A stretch of DNA of 64,000 bases from Octopus sinensis (GCF_006345805.1 NC_043003.1:38812001-38876000), one strand, 5' to 3'; counted from the stretch's first letter, positions 1 through 13,216 are shown. Numbers and translations are program-made. Notes: generated from the letters alone by a model not told the origin.

Positions 1-73
1 CAACTAAAATTCCTCAAGGTTGTGCCCCAGTATGGCTGCAGTCTGATGACTGAAACAAGTAAAGACAAATAAG

Positions 74-100
<27 letters not shown>

Positions 101-104
<4 letters not shown>

Positions 105-476
105 GTGAGAAAGGATCTACAGACGTTGGGACTCACAGAGAGGATGACAGGGGATTGAGACTCCTGGTGGTTTGCTGTGCTGAAAAGACACATCAAGCTA
201 GGCAAAATCATGGTTGCCCTTGATTATAGGCTCATCCCATGTGACCCTCCCCAGCTGAACATCCTTAATCTTGCGCATAAAAAGCATCCATGCCAGTGCT
301 GTGTAAAAGTCACCCTGTACACTCTGTAAAGTGGTTGGGGTTAGGAAGGGCATCCAGCCATAGAAATCATGCTAAGACAGACATGGAGTCTGAACATCCT
401 TCAACTGGTCAGTTCCTGTCAAATCATTAAACCCATGCTAGCATAGATAAAAGCTGTTAAATGATGATAATGATAA
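101..476 (+). mobile_element. RTE-type LINE 3' UTR/tail remnant
   Basis: Carries the recurrent tail GTTGG..TTAGGAAGGGCATCCAGC...ACCCATGCTAGCATGGAAA...GTTAAA(TGA)n that also ends the RTE ORF2 remnant at 4757-6692. Confidence 0.6.
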
Positions 477-494
477 GGTGGGGGTTCTTTTAGT

Positions 495-635
495 TTCTCT
501 CTACCAAATTCACTCACAAGGATTTGGTTGGCCCAGGGCTTTGGTAGAAGACCCTTGCCCAAGATACTGCATGTTGGGACAGAATTCAAGACTACATTGT
601 TGGGAGGAAGCATTTACCAGACAGCCATGCCTGCA
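495..635 (-). mobile_element. tRNA-derived SINE (family A) 5' fragment
   Basis: Degenerate match to the head of the full copy at 3333-3750. Confidence 0.55.
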
Positions 636-1129
636 GGAAAAGTGACCATTGAACTTTATTGATGTTGACTGTCTGATGGCACCTACTGTACAAAGTCAAT
701 GCAAGATTGCATTTTTTTGATTGTTTTGCTAGAAAATCAAATTGATTTTGATGTTGGTGTTATATTTATTCAGGTTTATTACTTGTTTAACACATTGAAT
801 AATATCACCTGTTTCCATCCTAGCATGAGTTGGGTGATTCAAAGGATTCGAATAGCCTGAGGGCAACCCAACGCCTGCTTTTGTGTGGGTTTAATGGCTG
901 GATACCCTTTCTAATGCCAGCAATTTTGCTAGCATGTACTGGTTGCTTTCTGTATTTTTTATGGCATCGACACTAGTAAGGTCACTAACTAACTTGCAAG
1001 ACAAGTTCTCTTGACAGAGTTGGGGTACAGCCTTGAAGGAGTGTGGCTTTGTGTCAGTTGTAAAGGACAAGAACAGTTTTCTTGTTGTAGAGGAGATACA
1101 TAGGTATCCCAATTGTATATCAATTACAT

Positions 1130-1573
1130 GACGGCCTGCTGTGCTAACCTTGGATCATAGAGTGACCTGCTGTTCTTGAGAAGACCTTTTGAGTCAAGTA
1201 CTTCAAAACCAACATCAAAATATAAATCAAATGGAAATTGTAGTTAAGATACCCGTGCTGGTGACACGGAAAAAGCTCCGTCTGAACGTGGCAGATGCCA
1301 ATGCCACCTGACTTGCGTCCATGTCAGTGATACGTAAAAGCACCAACCGACCGTGGCCATTTGCCAGCCTCCTCTGGCCCCTGTGCCGGTGGCACGTAAA
1401 AAGCACCCACTATACTCATAGAGTGGTTGGCATTAGGAAGGGCATCCAGCTGTAGAAACACTGCCAGATCAGACTGGAGCCTGGTGCAGCCTCCTGGCTT
1501 CCCAGACCCCAGTCAAACCGTCCAACCCATGCTAGCATGGAAAACGGACGTTAAACGATGGTGATGATGATGA
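1130..1573 (+). mobile_element. RTE-type LINE 3' UTR/tail with internal GGTGGCACGTAAAAAGCACC repeats
   Basis: Same tail as 101-476 and 18130-18612, ending in (GAT)n. Confidence 0.7.
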
Positions 1574-2041
1574 TTGACTGGGTTGACAGAACTGAAGCAC
1601 TCCGTGTTATTACCTATTATAGAGGGTTATTGAAACACAATGTTTTAAGTATTGTATGCTTTTGTAGTAGTGTCTAAAAGTGTCTCTAAACAATTTGAGG
1701 TATACAATAGCATATGAGAGAAATTAAGAGCATTTCCTCGTTTTGCTTTTTTCTGTTTTAGTTTTACATTGTTTTTGAAGCATTTCAGCGTTTTATAGGT
1801 TAAAAAACAACCTTGAGTGATATGCTCTTATGGATACACTTATAAATTATAATGAGCACTTAATCTATTGTCATTGTAAAATTGGTATGGTGATATAAAT
1901 TTTCATTTCACATCAGTTACCTTAGACAACAGATATAACTTATTCCATTCTGAATATGGCCACACACCTAGAACTGAATAAATGAGTAATTTAGTTCTCA
2001 TGTATAATGAAGACCAATAAATATATGTGTGTGAGTCTGTA

Positions 2042-2075
<34 letters not shown>

Positions 2076-2561
2076 CTAGCATGGAAAACGGACGTTAAAC
2101 GATGATGATATATATATATATATATGTATATATGTAAAAGAAGAATACAGTGTACGTTCAAACACAAAAGAGATACCCGAAGAATAGGATATCTGACTCA
2201 CTAGAAAGAGCAGTTAAAACTCCAAGCCACCAATTGTTGTAATTCCGAAAGTGATTGGAAAATAAAAACTTTTAGCTTGATCCTGGACCCTGCAAGGTTT
2301 CTGCAGACTTAAATACAGACTGAAATAAAATAACTTCAGCCTATATCTGGCGCTGCTTCTTCAGTAGGTTGCCAGGACTGAACACATATGCACGGAGAGA
2401 TAAATAACCCGCCACGTGTCTATAGGTTCTAATTTTTCGAATCTACTGCGCAGAAGCGGAACTCAACCAGCACTAAAAAAATAAATTGCCGATTTTCTTC
2501 CAGAATTAGCTAAAAAAACACACCTATGCCTGCACCTACTCTATGTGTGTTTGTGTGTGTA

Positions 2562-2945
2562 GTGAAGTTGTGTGGCTCAGTGGTTAGGGTATTTGGCATA
2601 TGATCATAAGGTCCTGAGTTCGATTCCGAGCAGTATTTTGTGTTCTTGAGCAAGACACTTTATATCACATTGCTCTAGTTCATTCAGCTGGCAAAAGTGA
2701 GTAGGACCTGTATTTCAAAGGGCTAACCAAGGTAGTGAGCTGGCAGAATCATTAGCACACCGGGTGAAATGCTTAGTGGTATTTCGTCTGTCGCTATGTT
2801 CTGAGTTCAAATTCTGCTGGAGTCAACTTTGCCTTTCATCCTTCTGGGCATGATAAATTAAGTACCAGTTGAGTACTGGGGTCAATATAATCGACTAGTT
2901 CCCCCCCCCCCACAATTTGAGGCCTTGTGCTTCCAGTGGAAAGGA
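2562..2945 (+). mobile_element. Two adjacent SINEs: tRNA-headed family B, then family C (Nin/Deu-like core)
   Basis: GTGGCTCAGTGGTTAGGG...GAGTTCGATTCC (Pol III A/B boxes), then GAGCTGGCAGAATC...TTCAAATTC..GTCAACTTTGCCTTTCATCC core repeated throughout the window. Confidence 0.7.
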
Positions 2946-3332
2946 TATTAAAGGGCTAACCTTGTCACATTCTGTGTCACTCTGAATCTTTCTGAGAACT
3001 ATGTTAACCCTTTCAATACCAACCTGCATGAAACTGCCTCTGGTTCTGTTATACAAATGTGTTTTCAAAAGTTCGGAATTAAAATCTTCCACCAAACCTT
3101 CGTCACACTAGCTTAACTATAATAAGCTATTTTATTAAATCCTTTGTTATATTTAAAGTTAATTGAAAGAAACACAGAGCATCTCAACAGAAATATGGTA
3201 ACGAAAGTGTTAATGGGTCGTGTGCCTGTGGAGTGCTCAGCCACCTGAACATTAATTTCTTGACTGGGCTGATCAGATCAACTGGAATCCTCGTTGTCAT
3301 GACTGACAGAGTGCCAGTTATATCTCTTTACT

Positions 3333-3538
3333 CTTTTACTTGTTTCAGTCATTTGACTGTGGCCATGCTGCAGCACCGCCTTTAGTCGAGCAAATCGACC
3401 CCAGGACTTATTCTTTGAAAGACTAGTACTTATTCTATCAGTCTCTTTTGCTGAACTGCTAAGTTATGGGGGACGTATACACACCACCATCGGTTGTCAA
3501 GCAATGCTAGGGGGACAAACACAGACACACAAACATAT

Positions 3539-3589
<51 letters not shown>

Positions 3590-3750
3590 TATGACAGGCT
3601 TCTTTCAGTTTTCGTCTACCAAATCCACTCACAAGGCATTGGTCGGCCCGGGGCTATAGCAGAAGACACTTGCCCAAGATGCCACGCAGTGGGACTGAAC
3701 CCGGAACCATGTGGTTGGTAAGCAAGCTACTTACCACACAGCCACTCCTA
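3333..3750 (-). mobile_element. Full-length tRNA-derived SINE (family A) with internal (TA)n
   Basis: Minus-strand head GGAGTGGCTGTGTGGTAAG...GGTTCAGTCCC, central microsatellite, tail GGCGGTGCTGCAGCATGGCCACAGTCAAATGACTGAAACAAGTAAAAG; paralogues at 50995-51404 and 54646-55040. Confidence 0.8.
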
Positions 3751-4144
3751 TGTGTGTATGTAACTAAAAAATTAAGTGCATATTATTGTCAGGTGGAATG
3801 TAGAGGCAAGACTGGAAAAGGTGCAAAGTTTGATTACTCATGTTAGATTGATGTGGTGGTCTCAACATATGTTTTTGTTATTTTCTATTTAAGTGGAAGA
3901 TTGATTTTATAACCTTTGACCCCCTGTTATAATTTAAGTGTCAAGTGACATAGTCTGTGGAATGTCTTTGTTCTACTGAAATTGTGTCTCCACCACCTCT
4001 CTGGTTATATTTGTTTGTTCATTAAACATCAACATCTAAGTCATGAAACATTAAATGATGATGATGATTTACCATGCTATTATGAGTTGACTGGAAATTC
4101 TGTGTGTGTGTATGTATGTATATATATATGTGTGTATATATATA

Positions 4145-4195
<51 letters not shown>

Positions 4196-4307
4196 TATAT
4201 AAGACCAAAGTTGTTGTTAGTAAGAAAGACGATAAAGACCAAAGTTGTTGTTGTTAGTAAGAAAGGAGATAAAACTCCCTTTCTGTCAGGTAAATGGCCC
4301 TGCTCAA

Positions 4308-4750
4308 TCATCATCATCATCGTTTAACGTCCGTTCTCCATGCTAGCATGAGTTGGACGGTTCGACCGGGGATCTGGGAAGCCAGAAGGCTGCACCAGGC
4401 TCTGGTCTTATCTGGCAATGTTTCTACAGCTGGATGCCCTTCCTAACGCCAACCACTCCGTGAGTGTAGTGGGTGCTTTTTACGTGCCACCTGCACTGGA
4501 GTCAGGCGAGGCTGGCATTGGCCATGGTCGGATTGGTGCATTTTACGTGCCACCTGCACGGAAGCCAGTCGAGGCGGCACTGGCTTCGGCCACGATTCGG
4601 ATGGTGCTTTTTACGTGCCACCGACACGGAAGCCAGTCGAGGCGGCACTGGCATCGGCCATGATTCGGATAGTGCTTTTTACGTATCTACAGTCCAGGGG
4701 TCCTGCCAGGTGCCAGTCATAGGATTGGTTCAATTTTGATTCCGATTTCG
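4308..4750 (-). mobile_element. RTE-type LINE 3' tail with ~65-bp minisatellite
   Basis: Reverse complement of the tail at 1130-1573; four GGTGCTTTTTACGTGCCACC-cored units. Confidence 0.7.
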
Positions 4751-4756
4751 ATTCGA

Positions 4757-6691
4757 TATACAGGAAAAAGAGTTAGAAGAAATTCCCTTCACTGCACCTA
4801 GTGTTAACTATGGACACGTAAGAGGTGCAGTGGACTTATAGTTAGATTAACAGATAAAGTCATCTTTGTATGGGGCAGATCTGCAGGAACAACAAGCACT
4901 AAGAGCACATGGGACTTAAATTCTCTCAAATGTCTAGGAGGCTATCTTGAGGTTGTAGAAAGTTTCTGTTACCTAGGTGACCAAATTAGGAATGGTGGAG
5001 GATGCTCTGAAAGTATTGTTTCTAGAATAAGAATTGGGTGGAGGAAGTTCAGAGAGCTATTACCTATATTGGCAAAAAAAATAGGGCTCTCTCTCTCAGA
5101 GTGAAAGGTAGACTATATAATGCTTGTGTGCAAACGGCTATACTCCATGGTAGCGAGACATGGGCTCTGAATTCAGAAACATGTAGATTGGAGAGAAATG
5201 AAGGTAGTATGCTCTGTTGGGTGTGCAACATCAGTGTGCATGTACAACAAAGTGCAACTGTATTGAGAGAGAAGTTGGGCATAAGAGGAATGAAATGTAG
5301 CATGCAAGATAGAAGACTACATTGGTTTGGGCATGTGATGCATATGAATGAAGATGGCTGTATAAAGAAGTGCCGATCACCGAAAGTGGATGGTACCTAT
5401 GGAAGAGGGGACCCAGGAAGATGTGGGATGATATGGTAGGGACCAATCTCAGGATGTTGGGCCTCATGGAGAAAATGACTACGGACTGAAATGTCTGGCG
5501 ATATGAAGTTCTAGGGAAGACCCACCAATGTCAGCGAAACTGAGTTCTAGAAGCACTGTGTCCCACCCACACTTAACAAAAAGATTTTTCACACACTCTA
5601 CTTTAACAAACCAAACTACATCTCTTCCTCATGTTTCCAATTCATGCACTAGGCTTACCTCCCACTCCGTAATCCTGTACTCTTGGCCCTGTGCCACTGT
5701 ATTATTGGTCTCCACTAGCTTCCAGTCTGTGTATTCCACCCATGCCATCTCACTGTATCATTACTATCTGTAGCCCTTGACCTGTGTGTTCCACCTACAT
5801 CTCTTCTCACATTTCCTCCTTCATACTCTATTCTTAGCTCTCATCACCAGTTCTATTCTCACAGCTCTGTGCCTCTGTATCATTGCTATCTGGTAGCTCC
5901 CCTGACTCTATAAAAACCCAGGTTTTCGCCAGTCACCCCCCCCCCCCCGCACCCTTTAATCATGCTTCCTTCACAATATCCTGCCAATTTTATTATGGAG
6001 TTCAAACCTCATGGGTATGCCCTGGCACTTTCCACCATCTATATCTCTCTTTTCCTTTACTCAACCATCCCATTTATATTCTGATTCCCATCCTTTGTGA
6101 GTATGCCTGGCACTTTGTCACCATCTCTATCCAGCTGTCTCCCACTCTATCTCTCCTCCTCCTGCACTTCCCTCAGGTTGGGTAACCATGTATTTCCTTT
6201 GTAGTAGCGCACCTGTTTCTGTCTTCATTCCTGATCTCTCTCTTCGGCCAGGTAACCGTGTACCTCTACAGCAAGACACCTGTTTCTGTCTCTCTGCCTT
6301 TCTATAATCTTTCATCATCCCAACAAGATACACATCCTCCAATGTCCCTTCCTTTCTCAAAAGAGTTTTTTTTTTCGTCTTGCAAGTACTTGGTGACCCT
6401 GTCAGTGCAGGTGCCACTTAAAAGCACCCAGTCCATGCTGTAAAGTGGTTGGCATTTGGAACAGTATCCAGGTGTAAAGACCTTGCCAAAACTGACCTCG
6501 CCTGTGCTTGTGCCATGTAAAAAGCACTAAGTCGACTCCACTGAGTGGTTGGTGTTAGGAAGGCCATCCAGCTTTAAAAACCTGCCAAAACAGTTACAGA
6601 AGTCTGGTGCAGGCTTCTTCTACCTAGCTGGCTCTTGTCAAACCGTCCCACTTATGCCAGCATGGAAGTCAGATTTTAAATGACGATGATG

Positions 6692-6692
<1 letters not shown>
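4757..6692 (+). pseudogene. 5'-truncated RTE LINE: ORF2 (RT C-terminal part) remnant plus 3' UTR
   Basis: Frameshifted VESFCYLGD..., LSLRVKGRLYNACVQTAILHGSETWAL, RRLHWFGHVMHM (typical RTE ORF2 C-terminus), followed by a CT-rich UTR and the RTE tail. Confidence 0.85.
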
Positions 6693-6724
<32 letters not shown>

Positions 6725-6756
6725 TATATACTCACACACACACACACACACTCAGA

Positions 6757-7050
6757 TGCATGGTTCAGTGGTTAGAGCATTGGGCTTACAATCATGAGGT
6801 TGTGAGGTCGATCTCTAGATTAGGCTGTGTGTTGTGTTCTTGAGCAAGACACTTTATTTCATGTTTAGTTCACTCCGCTGTAGAAATGAGTTGTGACACC
6901 ACTGGAGCCAAGCTGCATCAGCATTTCCCTTGAATAACATCAGTGGTGTGGAGACGGGAGGCTGGTACACATGGGTGACTGCTAGTCTTCCACAAGCAGA
7001 CTTGTGCTTTGGAAAGGAACATTCTAGGTGCAATCCCTTGGTCATTCATG
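6757..7050 (+). mobile_element. tRNA-derived SINE (family B-like)
   Basis: GCATGGTTCAGTGGTTAGAGC...GAGGTCGATC head and TTGAGCAAGACACTTTATTTCA body. Confidence 0.6.
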
Positions 7051-7489
7051 ACCAAAGGTTTTTGTTTTACCCTTTATATGTGTGTGGGTGAAATAATCAC
7101 AATGTAAAATAATGACGATAACTTGTAGAATTATTTCATTTGCATATGTGTGGAAGTTTGGGTAGTGAATCATGAAGCTTATGTACATATTATGTCAAAG
7201 GGGTCCCTCTCTTCTCTCTCATCTTTTTTTCAAGGGAAATTCATGAGCTGTTTGTTGCTATTAATATTGCCATAAATGTCTGCTTTGTTATGTATTTAAT
7301 GTTGTACTGTTGTATCAACTTTGTCGGCTTGTCACCATTAATGATAATAGCAACAGTAAACACCACAAAATTATTAGCAGCAACAACACTACAAATAATA
7401 CCATTTGCAATGAGCCAAGGGATACCTCTGTGATTGTTTAACTTGGTAGAAATAACTGCCAAATCTCTCAGATCACCACCTATCTTCAT

Positions 7490-7900
7490 CATTTAATGTC
7501 TGTTTTCCATGCTGGCATGGGTTGGATGGTTTGACCGGAGCTGGTAAGGTTAGGAGCCACACCAAGCACCGTTTTCTGTTCTGGCATGGTTTCTACAGCA
7601 GGGTGCCCTTCCTAATGCCAACCACTTTACAGAGGGTATTGGGTGCTTTTAACGTGGCACCAGCACCAGTGCTTTTAATGTGGCACCAGCACAGTTGCTT
7701 TTTATTTGGCACCAGCATGAGTGCTTCCTATGTGACAGCAGCATGAGTGCTTTTTATGTGGCACCAGCACTGATATCAATTCTGCTGTGGCGGATGGGTC
7801 TTCTTGAGTACAGCAATGCACCTGATATCTCGGTCCTTAGTCATTCCTTTCATAAGGCTCAGTATCTTCAAATTTGCCTTCAATACTTTGTCCCTTGAGG
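7490..7900 (-). mobile_element. RTE-type LINE tail remnant
   Basis: Starts CATCATTTAATGTCTGTTTTCCATGCTGGCATGGGTTGG; short-unit GTGGCACCAGCAC repeats. Confidence 0.6.
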
Positions 7901-8582
7901 TTGGGCCTTTTTTTAAAAAAAAATGAAGGATATACTGAATAATGTATTCTTAGATGTAGATATATTTCTGGAATTGAAACTGGGTGGTGCTTTCACTTAA
8001 GGCTGGCCTGTGGCTAAACAACACTGCCACCATTAGCACAAGTAGCATTGTCATTGTTGTCGTAATCATTATCATTATCTGTTGTGGTAGCAACAGCTGT
8101 AATACTAGTACCATCATCAACTGCAACAGCAATGGCAACATTAACAGTGACAATAAACACAGCAGTAACCACAAAACAACAACAGCTGTGGTGAAAACAA
8201 GGAATCAAAAGCGATCAATCTATGATAATGGCAGTTGACATATTTATAGTATTATAGTATAGCTTGTTAAGTATGCTGTGGCAGTGTATACAAATATACA
8301 GGTGGATGAAGGGCTAGGTGAGGTTGTTGACACAATTGTTGATAGATCCCACAGCTTTCAACGATAAAACCACAAACAAATGTATAAGAAAGAAATTAGG
8401 AGCAACAGTTGCTCAAGACTGCCTCTTCTATATTGTCCAAAATTTGACTGGTAATTGTTCTATTGTTTAACACCGGGTCACCCCAGTTGAATAGAGCTAT
8501 GATCAAAGGCATTCCTGCCATGACCATCCTGTCTTTTATTTAGCTGATTACATTATGTAATCTGTTATTGTACTTTGACTGA

Positions 8583-9000
8583 CATCATTTAATGTCCGCT
8601 GTCCATGCTGGCATGGGTTGGACAGTGTGACCAGAGCTGGTGGTGTTGGTGGTGGTGATGGTGGGGGTTCTGCACCAGACTCCGGTCTGATTTGGCATGA
8701 TTTCTACAGCTGGATGCCCTTCCTAATGCCAACCACTTTACAGAGTGCTGGATGCTTGTATGTGGTACCATACAAGCACTTTTATGAGGTACCACATGGG
8801 CGCTTTTACGTGGCAGAACACTGGCTCTTTTACGTGACACCACATGGGTGCTTTTATGTGGCACTGTACAGGTGCTTTTACATGATGCAACATGGACGCT
8901 TTTATATGATACTGCACAGCTTTTATGCATCACTGCACGGATGCTTTTATGTAACACTGCATAAATGCTTTTACAGGGCACCACCATGAGTGCTTTACAC
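8583..9000 (-). mobile_element. RTE-type LINE tail remnant with ~25-bp tandem repeat
   Basis: Same terminal motif; ~9 GCTTTTA(C/T)GTG-type units. Confidence 0.6.
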
Positions 9001-9259
9001 TACCAGAGAATCAGTCTTAACACTTCTGCCGAGGGGTGCAGGTCTTCTTGAGTATGGTCTTTTGTCATCTCACCTGGGAGAGAAAGAGAGACTTTCTCCA
9101 TCTCTATCTTTCTCTCTCTTCTTCTCCAACTGGGGTATTCTTATATCTCTTCTACAGCAAGGCACTTGTCTCTATCCCTCAACAACTCCTCAACTGGCAC
9201 AAAGCCACTTCCCTCAATACTACTACCTCATTTGAGAGAACTTTGTCTTCTTGTGTCAT

Positions 9260-9470
9260 AAGTTACTTGGTGACCCCACAGGTGCTGGTGCCATGAAAAA
9301 AGCACCCACTACACTCTGTAAAGTGGTTAGCATTGGGAAGGGCATCCAACTATAGAAACCATGCCAAATAGACAATAAAGTTGGTACAGCCCTCTTGCTT
9401 GCCAGTTCTTGTCAAACCATGCAAACTGTACCAGCATGGAAAACATATGTTAAATGATGATTATGATGAC
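9260..9470 (+). mobile_element. RTE-type LINE tail remnant
   Basis: CACCCACTACACTCTGTAAAGTGGTTAGCATTGGGAAGGGCATCC...CCAGCATGGAAAAC..GTTAAATGATGA. Confidence 0.6.
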
Positions 9471-10194
9471 AACTTACTTTTATTGAAATGGTAAAATCCA
9501 TGAGGAAATTTGGCTACTATTATTAGCAGGACAAGCAACTGTTTGGAGGTAATGTTTAATGGCTTGTATACACAAATATGTTCTGATGCACAAATTGTTT
9601 TCCCAGTGACATGGAAAAAGAAAAAAAAATGTTTGCATGTGCTTCACTGAATACTTGGACGTTTTGTATACAAACCTGAAAATATTAAAATAACTTTGGC
9701 ACATATTTCTCATGTCTACTAAAATATGTATTGACATTGAAGAACAATGTTTAGTGAAACTGTACGAAGTAGGGTATTGTTTTATCCATGTATGAGGCTC
9801 TATAATACCACACTCTGCTTGATAAATATATTCAATATTATATTTTATATATAAAATAAATATATTTTATTACCATAGGAACAGGTGCGGCTGTGTGGTA
9901 AGAAGCTTGCTTCCCAACCACAACATGGTTCCATGTTCAATCCCTCTGCATGGCACTTTGGGCAAGTGTCTTCTATTATAGTCTCACCCAAAGCCTTGTG
10001 AGTGGATTTGGTAGATGGAAACTGAGAGTTTATGTATTTTTAAAAATTTGTGTAGTACTTTTTTAATATACTTTTTTTTCTCCTTGAGTATGGCTCTTCA
10101 AGATAAGATAACAGACAAGTAGTGGAGGTGGGTTATCAATGTATTTTCTGAGGTCAACTCATTTAATTTAATTGTCAGTTACACATCTGGGCGT

Positions 10195-10700
10195 TTGGGT
10201 TTATTTATTTATTTTTGGCTCTGGAGGAAGACAGTACCCATTGCATGCCCCTCCAGACTGGTATGTGCGAGATTATTGTTGTTAATGTTCTTGAACCTTT
10301 GTAAGTCAATCTCTGTGGGAAAGATACTCACAGGAAGAAAATTCCAGAGGATTGATGTTCTAGGAAGGAAGGATACAATGATTAGTGAGTGACTTGGGGA
10401 TTTTGACCACTGCAATGGTGGTTGATGAGAAGAGGAGAGACAAGTAAGACAGGAATGCCTGAGTGTAGGAGGTGTAAGCCCAACCAGCTCTGAAGAGCAG
10501 AGATGTTATAGTAATGATAGAAAAATGTGGGCTAGAGGCTGAAACATCTCTATGACTGACTTTATATCAATTGAAGTAGGTATCAGACGCCATTGTCAAT
10601 AGTACTGTTGCACTGGAATTGGCTTGGCATGCTGAGTTCATATTCCCTCAGTAGGAAAAATCTTCATCTGAAAAATCAACATTCTCTAGAAGGACAGATA
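10195..10700 (-). pseudogene. CR1/L2-group LINE ORF2 3' end remnant
   Basis: Minus-strand SFLPRTSILWNFLPVSIFPTEIDLQRFK matches the SFFPRT..LWN.LP motif at the C-terminus of CR1/L2-group ORF2. Confidence 0.6.
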
Positions 10701-10871
10701 TGTCTCTTGTCTGCTTGACAATATATAAACCATTGGTAAGTATACTATCTAGTTGGGTCTTACTGAATAGGGAAACTTGATTATATGAGGGGCCCTTTCT
10801 CCATCTCATCCTCTCTGTCTCTCACTCTCTGTTGTTTGACATGAATCAAGACAACTTTTGGTTTGTTTCAG

Positions 10872-10952
10872 ATGCAGAAATGTATTGCACTGGATGAGAA
10901 GTTACAAGACATGGATCATACCATCACTGTCAACTCACAGTATGTGCAAAAG
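10872..10952 (+). CDS. COPS3: COP9 signalosome subunit 3, penultimate coding exon
   Basis: tttcag|ATG...AAG|gtaatg; 81 bp, phase 0/0, encodes MQKCIALDEKLQDMDHTITVNSQYVQK, matching the vertebrate CSN3 segment [27 protein letters not shown] (recalled). Confidence 0.9.
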
Positions 10953-11235
10953 GTAATGTTTTATATCATTGTCTCTTGTATCTTGTATCTTGATAAAAAA
11001 TAGATGAATTAAAACCAAAGAAACCTTTTTTTTTATTCCTCCGTCTTGAACTGCAACTGAACTTCTTTCCAATCTAATACTTGATGATGATGTTTTCATT
11101 TTAACAGATTTGTCTTTGAAGCTGCAACTAGCTGCGTATGCTGTGTACTAAACCAGTTGATTATTCTTATCTTGTCACTTGTAATTCACTGTGTTATAAG
11201 CTAAGGTTCTGACTCCGGTTTCTTGGTTGTAAATA

Positions 11236-12505
11236 TCAGGTCATTAAGAATGAAATGTCCAGTTTTCTTATGCACCAAACTTGACAGTAATTAACTCTGT
11301 TTTATCCTAACAATTCTTTGTTTTACAACATTGAAGAGTTACATCATCACTTTTCAAAATGCAATACATGGTGTCTGATTATATTGTGAGTTTTCTCTTG
11401 TAAATCAGTTTTTGTGAACCCATGGATAGATAAAAAATTCATGTTGTTTATGAGTTCCATCGTGGAACCAATGCATCCCAGACGTGCTCGAAACATCAAT
11501 AAGGTGTTTGGTAAAGATGTGGCAAATGAGCGTACTGTACCTCGATGGTTTGAGAAGTTCCAGTCTGGTGACTTTACTCTTGAAAATCAGCCCCATGGTA
11601 CACCTGAGACCAAGGTGGATAATGATGAGCTGAAAACTGCAGTGGAAGCAGATACATCTCAAACTACGCATGAGTTAGCAGCAAGGTTTGATGTTTCAAT
11701 TCCAACTGTATTGGACCGTCTGAAACAAATCGGCATGGTAAAGAAGCTGGACAAGTGGGTACCACATGAACTAAACGAGCATCAAATGACACATCGTCTT
11801 GAAACTTGCTGTTTTTTGCTGTCATGGTATAAAAGTGAACCATTTTTGCATCGTATTGTTACAAATGATGAAAAATGGATTCTTTTCAACAATAGCAATT
11901 ATTCTATATGGTGGTTGGATAGAGACAATGTGCCAAAACACAATCCAAAAAGAATATTCGCCAAGAAAAGCTAATGGTGTCTGTATGGTGATCCAGGACT
12001 GGTGTCATCCGCTACAGCTTCATGAGACTTGGTAAGTCAATTACAACAGATGTATACATCAACCAATTGGATGAAATGATGAGTGAATTTGCAATTAAAC
12101 AACTGAGATTGGTCAACAGAGACAGATCAATTCTCTTGCAAGACAATGTTCAACCATGCTGCACAAAGAACAGTACTTAAGTTACAGGAACTGAACCTGG
12201 AAGTACTTTGTCATCCACCGTATTCACCAGACCTTGCACCAATTGACTATAACATTTTCCAGGCATTAGAGAACTTTTTGCAAGGAAAAAACTTCAAATC
12301 TGAAGAAGATGCAAAAATGGCCTTTCATGATTTCATCACTTCTTGTTCCCCAGAATTCTTTGCTGCCTGCATATGTAAGCTACCAATAAAATGGCAAAAT
12401 TGTGTTGATAATTTAGGTGCATACTTTGATTAACTGCATTGCTTTTTGTTGCGATAAAATAAAACTTTCAGTTCAAAATTGAACATTTCATTCTTAATTA
12501 CCTGG
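11236..12505 (+). mobile_element. Full-length mariner (DD34D) transposon with frameshifted transposase, inside the last COPS3 intron
   Basis: TA-flanked ~28-bp imperfect TIRs (TCAGGTCATTAAGAATGAAATGTCC / GAACATTTCATTCTTAATTACCTGG); WVPHEL, TNDEKW and YSPDLAPIDY motifs in ORFs 11414-11974 and 12146-12433. Confidence 0.92.
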
Positions 12506-12807
12506 TATATATCATTATTGAGGAATTTAGAAAGAAGCTAGAGTGAACTTGCAGTCATTGCTTCAGATTCACCTAAGACTTTGGACTGTACATAGACTGG
12601 ATACCATTCACAAAATAAGACATGGTCTTATTTTCTTGTGAAATTTTTCAGTGTTGACATTGGGGGATTGACAGACTCATTAGAGTATTGGACAAAACAT
12701 CTTGCAGTTTTTCTGTTGGTTCTTTAAGTCCTAAGTTCAAATCCCACCTCGGTCATCTTTGTTTTTCATACTTTTGGGAGTCAATAAACTAAAGTACCAG
12801 TCTAGTA

Positions 12808-13216
12808 CATCATCATCATCATCGTTTAAAGTCCGCTTTCCATGCTAGCATGGGTTGGACAATTTGACTGAGGTCTGGCAAACCAGATGGCTGCACCAGA
12901 CTCCATTCTGATCTGGCAGAGTTTCTACAGCTGGATGCCCTTCCTAACGCCAACCACTCTGAGAGTGTAGTGGGTGCTTTTACATGTCACCGGCACGAGG
13001 GCCAGTCAGGTGGTACTGGCAACAGCCACGCTCAAATGGTGCTTTTTATGTGCCACCTGCACAGGAGCCAGCCCAGCAGCACTGGCAACGACCTCACTCG
13101 AATGTTTTTTCATGTGCCAGAATGGCGACGCTGGTAATGATCACACTCAAATGGTGCTTTTTACGTGCCACTGGCACGGAGGCCAGTTTGTTGCTCTGGC
13201 AATGATCACGCTCTGA
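12808..13216 (-). mobile_element. RTE-type LINE tail with minisatellite
   Basis: Near-identical in layout to the reverse complement of 18130-18612. Confidence 0.7.

Noticed and set aside
4470-4690. CRISPR-like array of palindromic 20-nt repeats with spacers
   Set aside because: The spacers are homologous to each other, there are no cas genes, and the array sits in a eukaryotic RTE 3' UTR; it is a minisatellite.
10480-10555. CTGAAGA...GAAAC hammerhead-like motif
   Set aside because: Stem II does not pair and the topology is wrong; the sequence is the antisense of a CR1/L2 ORF2 remnant.
1-10870. Further upstream COPS3 exons
   Set aside because: I found no DGMV.F.DNPEKY-like segment with splice sites; the preceding exon is probably outside the window.
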